64,000 nt of DNA from Bugula neritina (GCA_964035545.1 OZ037767.1:9496581-9560580), one strand, 5' to 3'; counted from the stretch's first letter, positions 29,564 through 43,922 are shown. Made by a program: numbers and translations. The notes: generated by a model not told the origin, from the letters alone.

Positions 29564-30820
29564 GTCAATGGTGAGACAACTCCACAATTGATTGTTGTAT
29601 AACTGTAATTTGTCTGTCTAGTCATATAAACTATTACTCTAGCTGAATTGGTAATTAAATAAAATATTGTATTGCGCCTTTTGTGAATGATGAGCAGCTA
29701 TAAGAGACATGCGAGATACTTTGTGAATACCACTAAATAATATTACATGAGCACAACGTATATATTATTATATAACTTATGATGTCCTTTGTTAGCATAT
29801 TGTAATAAGGAGTTTAATGTTGTAGAAATATTTTCATTTTTGTTGTTAGAATTTTAATGCCCTTAAACTTTATGGATTGATATTAAAGCTTTGCTAAATT
29901 TTGATGTGGATTTATCTATTTTAAGATATAAAATTTCTAATCAAGAGTCTTAACAAAATATATGGATTTCTACTGTCATCTCGCACCAAGATGAAGACCT
30001 TGGAAATTCTAAGCAGTAAATGCAAAGCTACGCTGGTTAACAGCATTTTGAAAACACAGCCATTTCAAATAAAGAATATAGGGTAACATCAAATTGCGTT
30101 GTCTTTCAAAAAGTAGGCTGAATCAAGCAAGCTGGCCATGCACTCATTAAAATCATGAATTTACGAGGTTGAGTTGAGTGTAATAATTTGTATATATTAA
30201 AAACAGGAAGAAGTGAAACATTCAACTAAGCAATGCAACACAAATTAACATTTATTACATGGCAAGCAGAATTGGCTGTTAGAACAAACATATTTATAAC
30301 AATTAAAACATAGTTTATTTGTGATTTGCATTGATGTGCATATGCAATATAAATTATCCATAAGAAATGGGAAAAAGTTAAAGGATTAATTGTGTATAAT
30401 TAGATTTAGAATATTCTTACTTGCTTTATAGGCCAAGCAATAATTATACTGCAATAAAAACTGGCCTCAAGTGAAAAATAAAATTTATATCACAGCTGTT
30501 ATTAGCTCGGTTTCAAAAAATTGTCAAAAATTATTTTTTATAATTATCATTAGTTTATTGCCGTCTTGAGACCATCTGACATATTTTCCGAAGTACAAAC
30601 TAAACTTTCTAGAAACAAGATTCAGCCATCGAAGATAGAATAAACATTAAAAACTTTCCACGGGTTAGCTTTCAGTAATAGTAACTACTAATAGACCACG
30701 AAACAAGGATAACCACTCTAACAATAATAATTAGAAAATTAGCCTAAAACTACAACCAATCAAATTGTATAAAAAATAAAGCTAATCAAAGCTGTAACAG
30801 CTACTTGATAATGGAAAAGG

Positions 30821-32693
30821 CTATTCGTGGAAAACTTCGAACCTTCTGAGAAATTGTAAAGTAGTCTCAAATGTCATGAAGCTAGTACCCACAGCTATTG
30901 GTCCTTTAATCCAATTCAGAGACAAGCCTTTATACATCCCTCTTAAGAACCCTTCCTCTTTCGTAATGGACAACATCGTGCTTAAAATAGTCTTATAGTA
31001 TCCTTGTCTGCCCTCCAATACTCCTAGAAAGTGAAAGAGTACAGCATTTCTAACAAAAGGAGACACAACTGAGAAATGCATTGAGCTAAGATAGTGTATT
31101 AGAGAATCAGATCTTGTTTCAAATATAACTGGACACCATACAATATAATATACACAATATAACTAGTTTATTGTTATTCAACAAGAAGACAACTCCTTAC
31201 GATATATGCAACAATATATTTATAATGAGTGTAATAGAATGATAGAAACGGAGCAGCCATGGTCAAGGGTCTAGACTCTAGATAGAGTGTTTGCTTAGTA
31301 AACATGATGTCATGGGGTTGAGCCCCGACAAAGACTATCGGTGATGTTAGAAAGAGCATCCAGTCATAATTGCTCCTGTGCCACATACGAATAAGCCCTT
31401 AGCTTGAATTAACAAAACCCCTTTCCACTAGGGGTTTTCACAGAGACTATGAACATACGTGAGTTTTTAGTACAATAACAGAACATGCTGATCAGGCAGC
31501 CAACATGTGTAAGCTAAATACAAAATGAGATGTGATAGAGTTGAACCATTGAGGAGTTATCTTCTATACACAGGTACTATCTGCCTGCAGGGTATTTAGT
31601 GACGCAGTGTAAAACCTTACCAGCTGTCTGCATCCTACGTCGTACAATATCTAATGGGTAGGTACATGATTGGCTGAACGCACCAGCTATAGCACCATAA
31701 CACATCCTATGTATAGGTGTGATGTCATCACTAAACTTCTCTACAACATCAACAACAATATTAGCAAGAGTAAATATGTATACACTTTATGTAATCAGCT
31801 TGTATAAAGGCCTTAGCACATACATGTATAATATCATAGCACTTTCATGGGCTTCCTTTTATATCAAGTATAGAGCTCAGGAAAAAATTACATAATTGAT
31901 GCTAATTACTGTTAAAAACTAAAAGTTCTTTAGCCACTCATTTTTTTTGACATTAGTAGAAAGATGGGCAAAGATATGTGCTTTAAAAATGAACAGAAAA
32001 CTGTGCTATAAAAAAAGCTAAAGTATTGTATTGAAAAATTTATTTTTGTGTGACTCATTAGGACTCATGCTGATTGTCAAGACTAGCATATGTCGTGAGT
32101 AAGGAGTAAAATTTCTAGATACACAAAGTGATAGATTATCTTTGAGCTTTACGAACAGCACGAGGCAAGAACAATTTTAGGGAGCATTTTTAATCTGATC
32201 ATCACCTGCTGCAGTTGAGAAATCTGTGTAAAAATGACAGACTGGGAACACGACTATTAACACTCTAAGTAAGTCTTCTTAGTTTAAAATAATAGATTGT
32301 ACGAAAATTATGAACGAACACATTATTAGGCTGTAAAATTACATAAGGCTAACCTGAGTGGAATTTCTTCAGAGTTTCATATGTGAAAAAGCTAATTCCT
32401 GCATATGGGATAACACCAATAATAGTGGGTACGTAGCCCCTGTACAAAGCCGCAATACCTTCACTTCTATATGTTTTAATAAATACTTCTTGGACTGTGT
32501 GAAATCTGCATCAAACAAGAAATATATCATATGTAGTATTGGTTTCATAAACTCACATGATATTGATAAGATTTTGACCCTAAAATATTTAATACAAGCA
32601 CATTGAAGCAATACTAGGTCTATTCATATTACAGGATAATAAAGTCTTAGTAAATATAGTATAGTATATAGTATATATATATATATATATATA

Positions 32694-32787
<94 letters not shown>

Positions 32788-34593
32788 TATATATATAGTA
32801 TATATATATAGTATATATAGTATATATATATAGTCAAGCAATACATCAACTATAGTGGGTATATGCATACATACATACATACGTATGTGTGCGTGTGTGT
32901 ATGTGGGTGCATATATACTCACGCATCTTTATGAGTAACAGCCATTCGAGCTCTAACGAGGTCTAAAGGATATGTTGCAGACGTAGCGGATACACCAGCA
33001 AATGATCCTGCTAGAAACCTTTCAAGGGGAGGCAAATACCTGTAGATAAGCAGAGCTTTATTATTAAACTAAATAGCACTTCTTTCATTGCAATTATTGA
33101 TAGTAAAAATTATGTGAAGCTGGCCTTTTCTCAAAGGTCAGCTCATAAAGTTTGATAAAAAGATAAAGAACAAAAGTACAATTGCAAATATCAATAAAAT
33201 AGAAATAAGTAATGAAAGATCTCAGAATTGGTGGTTACATCTTTACAATTGAAATTAATGACTTTCAAACATCTTAATGATGAGTTAATGCTTTCTTACA
33301 TAATATTTCAAACCAACCTCTTGACTAAACCTTATGCATTAAATGTTACTGTTTTTAAACGAAAAGTAGTTAAATCATGGGTGTTGTGTGTGAAGGTTTA
33401 CTAGGGATATAGAAATATATGTTTACAAATTAATATATGAATATATGATGACCGAACAAGAAGCAAGATATAACAGTAATACATAAACTTACGTTTGATG
33501 GTCTTGACGATTAGATTTCAATAATAATTTAAATTGTTCATGAGAAGTAAATTGTATGGCGGCATATGGCACAATTCTAATCATAGTTGCAGAGTTGCCA
33601 CGCCACAGGCTGCCTACACCTTCATAGCGGCAGGTACTGACTAGAAACTTTAGAGCAGCCTTCGTGCTAAACTTTTGACTAGAAACTACAGATAAAGTAA
33701 ACATAACTAAATGCTAGAAAAACCAAAGTACTTATAGAGTAAGGCTTGAGTCAAATACTCTTTTTGCAAACAACAAACACAAGAATGAAATAATTTTATT
33801 AAATACAAATTTTTTTATTGTGAGTGTCTAGAGTTAGTGAATCCCCTTGAAATAATCTAAAAAATATTTTGAAAAGACACAGCTTGTGTCGAAAGCAAAA
33901 AGCAAAGAAGTGTTTGATGGCACGGCAGCAAGCTGTCAGAAGTCAAGATAGTGGAAAAACTGTATTAATAGAAGTCGGGGATATTAATAAAAAAAGTGTT
34001 AAAAATCGGCAACAATGTAATGTGCAACTTTACCCTGGAAGTTAATCTTGGTTCTATCAAAAGGTGCAATAGTAGTTTTCGCTACAGCACCAGCGACCCC
34101 TCCCGCAACAAGACTGGTGAAGATTTTATGTTGGTTCGGAACCTATGCATAATTATTTAAAATATATAACTAGCTTATTAGAATCATAGCTTGATAATAA
34201 ATAAACTTGCACTTTATAATATATATTATTTGGAGTTTACATATAATTATAAAAGTTTTTATATTTTATTCTTTAATTACTAAAAGTCAAGTCATTACAC
34301 CATTTTAAATATTTTAAAGTCGCAGCCTCCATTTGTAAAATTCATGAATTACATAACCATTCTGTACAAAGAGCTCACATTGTATTGGATGAATTAGAAT
34401 ATAGCACTCAGTAAAGACATCAACATATCTATTTTGCTTCATTTTAGACCACATATAAGATACAAATGAAAAACAAGTATTTGTATGAAAATTAAACCTT
34501 TTTATGCTGATCACCAGGATCAGAAGAGCTAAGATTATTAGATCTAGATTCTTGATTGTCGACTGATTTGTTAGCAAAGTGCTCATCTGCCAT
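30821..34593 (-). CDS. SLC25A42: Mitochondrial carrier, coenzyme A transporter SLC25A42-like
   Basis: Exons 34593-34498 (tentative start MADEHF), 34142-34034, 33685-33493, 33039-32923, 32505-32354, 31740-31621, 31023-30821. Three carrier repeats: [33 protein letters not shown]. Also [25 protein letters not shown] and [16 protein letters not shown], typical of SLC25A42. Confidence 0.9.
31250..31468 (+). mobile_element. Uninterrupted tRNA-derived SINE copy in an SLC25A42 intron
   Basis: Aligns end to end with 23184-23336 joined to 24108-24170; the CTTAGTAAACATG segment resembles the tRNA-Thr(AGT) anticodon arm. Confidence 0.75.
32655..32832. repeat. (TA)n microsatellite
   Basis: Long TA run with occasional TAG interruptions. 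Confidence 0.97.
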
Positions 34594-36399
34594 TTCACCA
34601 CCATCCCAGGGTGGCTTTTCTATTGTTTCCAGAACTAAAATAATTTTTGAAAGATTATGGTATACTGATCAAATGTTGCTCAATGGCGAAGAATTCTCTT
34701 GCTTATAATGTTCACCTATAACACACATAGTAGATGAATATTAGGTTTTGAAATGTGAATTTTCTTCCAAACTTTCCAACCAGCATTTTTTACATAAACT
34801 CACTCCATATAAATATCCCACATAAAAATGTGTAAACATATCGCATTAAATAGTAACTATAATATAAAATAGAAATGAAATAAAAAGTTAATTTTGAAAT
34901 TATTTTTAACCCCTAAATTGTGATAAACTTAATTTAGATATTCTAAAATGACCCCAAGACCCGTAAATTTAAGATATAAAAAACAATGCACATAACAAAA
35001 GTTGCACAACTATTTTACAGAAGAATGTATCTTGCAGTTAAAATAGTAGAATATTGTATAAGTCAACACGGTAAGATATTAGAGTTGGTGCACACTTCTG
35101 ATTGGGGAATTGGACAAAGCACATTGAATGGCCACCTAGAACATCAGCAACACCCACTAAAATATTACTTGGGTCAGTTTACTTCATTTAGTACACACCA
35201 GCAAATTATGACCTAACATTAAAGTTTGCTCCAAATCCATTGAAATTTACTATACATGGTATTTTTATGTGCTGGTTTTAATTACGCATAACAGCAAAGG
35301 CTGGGAGGGGATTCCCCAACATTAAAGCACAGGTCATTGTCATATGCACTTAATATTCTATATGCACGGACCGTTACGAAAAAACCGTAACGGTCCGTAA
35401 CCAAAACTAGATGAATAATTAGGGAAAAACGTGGGAAATGAAACAAAATTAAAAAGAACTTTGATTATTTAGGTGTATTTATTGGTGCTTAACTAGTTTT
35501 GGCCAAAAAACCATGCTCATTACTAGCTAAATTGTGAAAAATAGCTAAAAACTGAAGATTTCGAGTGTGTACTAAATTAAGTAAAATGACCCACTTAGAT
35601 TCCTTTTTCAGAGAAAATAGATAACTCTTCTACATGAACTTAAGCATTAGAGAAAAAAGTTGCTAAACAAACAATTTAAACGAAAATTTTTAGCTCAGAA
35701 TAGTGGGCTGCAAACTTATTGGTTATAGGTATGTTAGAGAAAGTAGACCACAATATCCAAGAGCAACAGAGTGAACTACTATAATTTTTTAGTCAACAGC
35801 TAGAATAAATATATACACATAATGAACCATGTCAAACTTTTAAAGTTAATGAGTTAAGCATAATTTCAGATAGCTAGCAACAACTTGAAAATTTAATATA
35901 CCAAAATAGTACACTAACAACCAATTCAGTAGCAAAGATTCCTTCTGATTCACTTACCCTGCAACAGACAATATTACTATTTCTACCTTTTAGTAACAAT
36001 TAGAGATCTGAGTTAAAGATAAAACATACAAAACTACTATCTCTTTACTTACAGAACAATTTATTGTCTTCCCAACACAGCCGTTGGCACATCAGCAGAA
36101 GCAGATGGAGTTACAGATAACAAATGGAAAGGTAATAGAAGGAAAATCAGAAGCTGATTAAACTACTCACCCAGTTAGCAAAACCCTCACCTTCACAGCA
36201 TTCAATCCAAGTATTGAACAATAGACAGACTACACATTGAAATTTGCAACCTGCGTTGGAGCTAGCTTAATTATTGATGATAAAATCTCACAGTTATTTT
36301 TGACCAAATGGTCAACAGCTATCTACTAGCAATTGAGCGATTGGGAAAAGCGACAGATATCAATGTAAAAGATTTAAGCAAACAATCAACAGACGATAC

Positions 36400-37310
36400 T
36401 TACAACTACATGATGACCCAGTAGAACCTAAGAACTTTCATCATCAGAGAAAGATACATATTTTGGAGAGACATGGAAAGAAAACCAGGAAAGACAGTTT
36501 GTAGACTAGCTTCCAATCATTGACATTGACGGTTTTGTGGTTTTGTTTATAAAGCAAAGCTGCAGTGGCAGCTAGGATGTAAATCTCATTAATGATATGG
36601 TGAGCTGGCTAGGACCACTTTCAAGAATTTTACGTGCGATTACTGCAATATCAAAGGACACTTGAAAACATTGAATAATGTAAGGGCAATGAAGGTAGTT
36701 AACACATTACCATTATTTCAATTAGAAGTGGCACTCCATGACCAACCTGCACTTCTGAGGATTGACACCGGAGCCAGAGATAACTTCTTATCAGTAAAGA
36801 AATGGAATGAACTCAAATCACTAACTTTTCAACCACCAAAGAATCGGCTACTCATCGCCAGAAGAAGAAACTTCACTTTGTCGTCAGCAAAACACACAAC
36901 TTCAGCTTACTAGAATTCAATAACTAAATGAATCCATGGATTCCCTGATTAAACGCAAGTGGAGAAATAAAGAGTTATGTTTACTCAATCGAAGCCTTCC
37001 TAAAGAAAGCCTGCTAAAAGGAGACATCATTGCTACCATGTGCATCATGAAGTCCATTGGAGCATCATTCAAATTAACTGATCATAGAGTTATAAAGAAA
37101 GAAACGAAGAAGAAAATGGTATCAAGCAAAGCCATGCAATACACCACAGAAGGGAGGCTGGATGCTGAAAGATCAGTAAAGTATTTAGGGCATCAGCCAT
37201 CGCAGAATGAATAATTGGAAATTGAATTTATAAAGGAAATCTCAGAACCTACTGATGTTGAGAGTTTGAAGTCATTTCTTAAATCAATCCAGTTCTACCA
37301 CAAGTTTGAA
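36400..37310 (+). mobile_element. Highly deleted Ty3/Gypsy relic
   Basis: Gag-like FIIRERYIFWRDMERKPG, aspartic protease LRIDTGARDNFLS, RT end SVKYLGH and connection PTDVESLKSFLKSIQFY. Many stops; no LTRs found. Confidence 0.65.
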
Positions 37311-37409
37311 GAATAAGTCTAATCATAATGATAACTTATAATAATAAAGAACAATTTAAATGATAAATGGAAATCAAAACAATCAGTTTTTAATCTATGG
37401 TTGTCAATG

Positions 37410-37690
37410 GTGTCTGGTAAGAATGGCACCGTTAAAAATGGCACAGGCAATAATGGCACAAATGGCAGAATAGGTAAAAATGGCACATTTTCAATATTAA
37501 GATTTGTGGTAGGGTTGAGTGTTTACGATGGAGATTTAGGCTTGGGAATGGGAGTTTGAGGTTTAAGTTTGGGGTTTGTAAAAATTTAACACCAGTGTGC
37601 CATTTTTTCCTACTTTTCCATTTGTGCCCTTATTACCTGTGCCATTTTTACAGTGCCACTTTTATCTGTGCCATTTTCACCAAAAACCGG
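37410..37690. mobile_element. Foldback MITE with arrays of AATGGCAC subterminal repeats
   Basis: Left arm has repeated AATGGCAC; right arm has the repeated complement GTGCCATT around a short spacer. Confidence 0.8.
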
Positions 37691-38524
37691 TTATAAATAT
37701 CACTCACATTGATTATCATAATCATAATGATAATGACTATGAACTATAAGGTACGATACTGATAATTATTATTTTTCAATGATGGCACTGATCCTTATTA
37801 TTAATTTATTATCATGTTAATATAATAATTTATTGACAATCTAAAAACTTTAGCCTAAACTGAAACTCCAAAGTTGATCACGATGATGATGCTCATCTTG
37901 CTCATTTTCCTTTTGATTTAAAATTAATTTCAATCTCAATTTGAATGCCATAGGCACATTAATTTTAAATTTACTACAACTTAAACTATGAACTTGAAGC
38001 ATTTCTATTACTATGAGTATTAGTACTTGTACGACTATAACTATAAGTATTAGTGATACCTATAGTAATACTCATACAGTATTCCTAATAGTAAGACTAG
38101 TAATACTAATACTAATAGTATTACATTTAGATTTAATATACCTGTTGATGTTATCTCCACACTGAACCTCCCGAGAGGGAAAAAGGGGTGTGCCACATAA
38201 AAAATAAGTTGTCAGTACTTGGGCAGTAGTCTAAAAAATGTTAACATTTATGTGCAGATTAACTTAACAGGCCAACTAGCCTGCCTGTGTGTGATTTACA
38301 ATTATGGACTGCTCTGGAAGTCATTCAATCAGTGCTGATCCTCATATCTCTTATCGTTCTTGGGAGAAAACTATAAATATATCCATTTTTGTTCGCTTTC
38401 ACTGATCTGGGAAGTCCTGAAACCTGAGACCGAGTCTGTACAGTACTTGTGGTCTGCTGATCAAGAAAATCAGCATAGGTAGCGCTCAGAGTTGGATGTT
38501 GTGTAGTGTTAAGTTTACCCAGTG

Positions 38525-38595
38525 GCCTCCGTGGTGTAATGGTGGCACAATTGCTTGCAAGCCAGAAGACTCGGGTTCGATTCCAAGTGGGGGCA
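38525..38595 (+). pseudogene. tRNA-like unit, copy 1 (pseudo-tRNA or SINE head)
   Basis: A box TGGTGTAATGG, B box GGTTCGATTCC, acceptor stem GCCTCCG/TGGGGGC; the anticodon stem does not pair properly. Confidence 0.7.
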
Positions 38596-38749
38596 ATTAT
38601 TTTACAAGCTATTTCGGCCTTTAGTGGAGTGTAGTTGTAGTACTCCGAGGGAGTTGAGTGGCCAGGAGAGCCTGATGACTGAAGGAGTAGTAGATAGGCC
38701 AGTGGAGTTCAGAGAACTGGGTGGGATGTAGTGTTAAGTTTACCCAGTG

Positions 38750-38820
38750 GCCTCCGTGGTGTAATGGTAGCACACTTGCTTGCAAGCCAGAAGACTCGGG
38801 TTCGATTCCCAGTGGGGGCA
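38750..38820 (+). pseudogene. tRNA-like unit, copy 2 (225 bp downstream, shared flanks)
   Basis: Near-identical to copy 1, including the upstream TGTAGTGTTAAGTTTACCCAGTG and downstream ATTATTTTACA. Confidence 0.7.
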
Positions 38821-38821
38821 A

Positions 38822-39610
38822 TTATTTTACATGTTGTTCTTCCTTAGACAATATTTTCAAGAGAAGGCTGATGCGTCCACTTTTCCTCCTTAGGTCAAGC
38901 GGCTTCAAACACAGCTTTTTCATCTCCGCAATATTAGTTCTTCCTTTGCTGTTAGAGATAAAACGCACAGCATCTGTTTGTACATTTTCTATTATACTTA
39001 TATGGTTTTTGCTGGATAGGTCCCAGGCTGCGCTGGCATATTCCAAGTGTGGGAGACAGAGGGCTTTGTAGGCAATAAGCTTTGCTCTCTTGGGGGGGGG
39101 GGGGGCCTAGTAGAGTGCACGCTTTATCATACCTAATTGCCGTTTTGCAACAAGAACCTTCTTTACGATGTGTTGGTTAAATTTACAGTCTGATTGCAGT
39201 GTTACACTAAGGTATTTTGTTGAGTCAACATGATCCAACACTGATCCAATAAGCTTGTATTGGGGAGTATCAGTCTTAGGGATAAAGATGATTATCTTGC
39301 TCTTGGAGATGTTGAATGACATTCCCTACTTTTCCGCCCAAGTACCAAGAGAGTCCAGGTTTTGCTGAAATCTCTTACAGTCTTCCGATGAGGAAATTTC
39401 TTGGTAAACGGGTGTGTCATCGGCAAAAAGAGCACAAGAGCAGTTGAGACACTCAGGAAGATCATTTATAAAGACTAGGAAAAGTACCGGCCTTAACACT
39501 GATCCCTGTGGTACACCTGAGCAAACCGGCTTTCGATCTGAGCTGCAGCCTTGTAACACAACACGCTGCTTTCTGTCTGTAAGAAAGTTGTGAACCCAAC
39601 GTAGGAGATA
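38822..39610 (-). mobile_element. CR1/L2-group LINE, RT 3' part (frameshifted)
   Basis: SGVPQGSVLRPVLFLVFINDL, LFADDT, MSFNISKSK, STKYLSVTL, LEYASAAW. Confidence 0.88.
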
Positions 39611-41010
39611 ATCGTATAACTATAACTATAAGTATAAGAGTTAAGAAGTATAACTATAAGTATAAGTCTATAATCTATGAGTATAACAAAGTGATAAAAA
39701 ACTACTAGTACTAGTACTACTACTACTACTACTACTACTACTAAATCTAATAGTAATTGAGCAATACTATTAGTAATAGAGTAATACTAATAGTAACAGT
39801 AATACTAATAAAATAAAAATAAGAATTACTATTAGACTAATAAATACCAAGTGTAAGTCTAATACTAAATCTAATAGTAATAGTAATACTAATAGTAATA
39901 CTATTAGTATTAGTATTAGTATTACTATTATTAATACTAATAGTAATAGTAATAGTAATAGTGATACTGATAGTATTAGTAATACTAATAGTTATACTAA
40001 ATCTAATCTATTTCGATAATTTTCGATAAATCATTTGAAGTACTTACAGTAATAGTAATACTCATACTGATACTCATACTGTAATACTAATACTAATAGT
40101 AATACTAATAACTAATACTCATACTCATACTGTAATAGTAATACTAATACTAATAGAGTAATACTAATAGTAATACTCATACTGTACTAGCCTAATACCA
40201 CAGCAACCATTATTACTTTTGAAATTGAATAGCCTTTAAATTTAGATCACTACAGACATAATAATAAAACTAATAGTAATATATCATTTTATATTATATG
40301 AGTTATAGGTAACGTGAACTGCGCCAATACCAGTACGAGTATGACTATGAGTACGAGTATCACATTGGTACGAGCACAGCGGTCGTCTAGCTTAGCAGCG
40401 TTTTGGTCAATAATATTTTGTTGGTACAAAATTAGCCGTTTTGTCAACAAAATGAAAATGAGGTTCAGACAGCAGCGAATTCTAGAACAGATCAGTGTGT
40501 ACCAACATAGAATACATAGTGATAATTATATGCAATCTCAATGCTCAATAGGCTAAACTGATGGAAAACCCTATTTTTAAGGTCGTTCTGCGGACAGCGT
40601 GTTTGAATTTTCGATAAGAGCGGCTAATACTAATACTAATAGTAATAGTTGATGGTACTTACTAACTTAGCTCATTTACCAAAGAGTAAGAGTAAGGCCT
40701 AAGTGAATAGATTTTAGTGATAAATGCGACTTAGAAGTGTAAAACCAGGCGTATTACTATTGTAATTTATAATTGTTATTCTAGTTATGATTAATATTAT
40801 CATTATGACTTTATCATTATGATCATATTTATAGTCATAGTGATTATCATTATGTGTTCATGTTGATCATTGAACTACTTCAATTACTGATTAGATTTAG
40901 TGAATTAGTCAATTACTATGTCTATTGTCTATTAAAATATTAGTGTATTACTATAATTTGTAAATGTTTAATACTAATACTAATAGTAATAGTGATACTA
41001 ATAGTAATAG
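39610..41010. repeat. AT-rich low-complexity (TAATAC/TAATAG)n tract
   Basis: Degenerate hexamer repeats; similar tracts at about 16400-17600, 38000-38130 and 62300-63300. Confidence 0.75.
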
Positions 41011-41019
41011 TCTTGAAAG

Positions 41020-42450
41020 ATTTTTATCTCCAAGTAAAATGATGTTGCAGCCTGAATACTTATATTTGATGAAGCTAAATATGTTGCTTATTTGTTTAAT
41101 ATTTGGTGTTGCTGCCTTTGGTCTGTAGTAACAACATATGACTAGGTTAGTTGGAATTAGGATGCGTCAAAAGAAACATTTCTGGCCTCAAGTTTTGCTT
41201 TGGTTACATTCATAACTCCTCCTCTGTACGTGTTTCTGTCATTCCACGTCCTTTAAAAAAAAATCTAAACTAGGTGTTTCTATTGCAGTCTTGCTTAATA
41301 CATATTGATTAATATGCGTTTATGTTATACAAATAAAGTTATAGCTTTTAAATGGAGCTGTGATCTCTGCTGTTTTTTTCCTTTGATTGACCTGACATGA
41401 GCAAAAACTGGTTTATATTTGAGATTGCTTTGTTTGTTAATCTTTTGGTGTGAACTTTTTCCAGTTTCCAGATTCAGCTCTCTTTTGAATATTCAAATCC
41501 CTGATACAATATTGTCCTGTTGGCTGTTTCTCCTTTAGTTTTCTAACCTGCTGGCGAAGAGTGTACTCTTTGTCCCTGGTTTCCTTGTTTATGTCTAGCT
41601 TGCAGAACAGAGATTTTGAGCGTAGAGCATGGTTTACTCTTTTTGAAAATTCCCGCTTAAACCTTTCATTTTTAGATTGTAGTTTGATAAAACGATTTTT
41701 GCTTTTAGTTTTAGGGCCAAGTCTAACAGCTTGGACAGGTTTGTTGAAAGTTTTAAATAGTTATTTACACATTTAATTCATCACATTTTACATTGCACTT
41801 TCTCTTTCCGCTAGGCCATACAGGATCGTATTGAATTTCCTTGCTTTGTTGTCTTTCTTGTCCATCTCTAAAGCAAGTGGTGCTTGGCTGGTTGTGGTTA
41901 TTTGTAGGCTTTTTTTATTATTCCCAATTTTTGTGTCTTTGCTGGTAATATCAACCCATGTTTTTTTGCAGAGCACTAACTTTTTCATGCTGTGTTGATG
42001 GTATTTCTCTAACTTTCTTCCAACTTTATCAATTTGCTTAATGCTGTGAAGCATCTTCATAGTGCCACGATCATCTTTTTGAGAAAAGCCACCAACACCT
42101 CTTTCGGACAGTTTGGTGTTGAAAATTACCTCAGATGGTTGGAGGCCCTAACATGTTCCATGATACCATTTCAGGCACACATCACAAAAAATCCATTTTG
42201 TGGCAGCTTTTGCTGTTTTCCTTCTTTGGTTAGAAAGAAGCACTCTTTCTTGAAGCTCGATACACATAATTCATTTTGATCTGTATTCTTGTCATCTCCA
42301 GTAAACCCAGACCGAGAACGTTTAAAAGGGAAGAAGGCACCTTCACTGTGACCAACTTGGTCTTGAGACTGAGCGAGTGTGGTGGTGACATACCCACGCG
42401 TAAACTATTCAATTCAAAAAGAAAAACCAAATCTGTTGAAGCTACCAATG
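41020..42450 (-). mobile_element. CR1/L2-group LINE, 5' part: PHD-containing ORF1 and start of the APE endonuclease (decayed)
   Basis: FCDVCLKWYHGTC (PHD, about 42150-42195), RKFNTILYGLAE and VRLGPK...R.IKL (ORF1 RRM/CTD), DRNTYRGGVM (endonuclease). Same strand as the RT piece at 38822-39610, so possibly one element. Confidence 0.75.
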
Positions 42451-43574
42451 GCTAAGCTGGGTTTTGCTAACTTCAAACTTGATGCTAAAATGATAATTGA
42501 AGAGTTATAATTACGCTATGTAGGTGTAAGCAGAGTGTCTAATTTGAGCTGTTTTTATCTTTGTATTTAGGATCAATTCATACAACTACTTTAATTTAAA
42601 GCTCGTTTGTTTAGAAATTCAAATTTAGCGTCTTTCATGGGTATAAAATGACACTCTTTACTATGATTACTTGCTTTAGAGTGACACTCTAGCTTATACA
42701 GCCTGACTAGGGATAGGAAGGGTTTTCAGAGGTGATCAGAGTTTATTTGAATCACCAACGTTGATCAAATACTGACCGTAAAAACTAAAATAATAATTAC
42801 ATAATGATACTACATAAGGCATAATGATAATGATACTAATGCAAACAAAATGTATGTAACTAATATAGTATATATGTAAAAGCACCAACAACATATATAA
42901 TAAATTGTAGATAGCAGCATGAAATAACAATTCAACTTAGCATGTAACTACAGCCCGTATTATTGAAACTTTATAACATAAAAATGTAAGCACAATACCT
43001 AATTGCAAATAGAAGTTTATTACCTCTTTTCTCTCTTTCCTAGTCTACTGTTATGTTGATGCTGTGGCTTTGTACAGTCTTCCAAAGTAACTAATTACAG
43101 TAGTAAATAGCAATTACAAATAATGCTACTCTTTGGTAGTCTTTCATAAACTTATTAATGCTACTCTTTGGTAGTCTTACATAACTCAAAAATGCTATCT
43201 AAACTGACAGCATGACTAACAATATTGAAACTACTAAAAATGGTTTTCTTATATAATAATCCATTTGATAGACATTATTGTGTTGCAAGAAGTATGATTT
43301 CACATTTTGGCTATTTTGGGGTAGGATCTTACTATTTCAAAGAAGTGGGCTGAAGTAAACAAACATCGTGTGACATCACAGCTGATGCAAGCATAACTGC
43401 TGACTATGAATAATTTGACATGTGTAGCTAACTGTTTTTGTTTGGTAAACAAGCATTAGGTTGACTACTGACTTGCTAGTGGTTGGGTTAATTTTAGATT
43501 GATGATATTGTGAATGATTTTACTATAAATAATAATTCCTGTAAACATCATGCATCCTATTTAGTAACATTACA

Positions 43575-43810
43575 ATGGGCGACCTTGACCTAGTTTTCAA
43601 AAAGGTTTTCGATAAAGTTCCTTATCTACTACTCATGGAGGAAATCAGGCAAATTAAAAAAATTGTCTCATTCATTGACAATTGGATACAAAGCTTTTTG
43701 ACTGACAGAAGTAAAAAAGTGGTGATCAAAGAGACTGAATCATCAAAACTAGGTTCCTCAAGGGTCAGTTATTGGGCTAAAACTTTTCCTAATCTACATC
43801 GATGATCTTT
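43575..43810 (+). mobile_element. Short LINE RT fragment
   Basis: FKKVFDKVP...WIQSFLTDR.KKVVI, then a frameshifted PQGSVIG...FLIYIDDL. Confidence 0.75.
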
Positions 43811-43922
43811 AATCACTACTGGCTTCTTAGTGTCATACTGCAGGAGCTCTGACTTAATCTGTTCTGTTCTGTTCTGCAATGTCCTACACCCACATAATAT
43901 TCTTCTTTAATAAAACACGAAG

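Noticed and set aside
32589-32922. (YI)n ORFs
   Set aside because: Translations of the (TA)n microsatellite.
38750-38820. Functional tRNA-Cys or tRNA-Ala
   Set aside because: No 5-bp stem with a 7-nt loop can be formed in the anticodon arm, and the T stem is mismatched.
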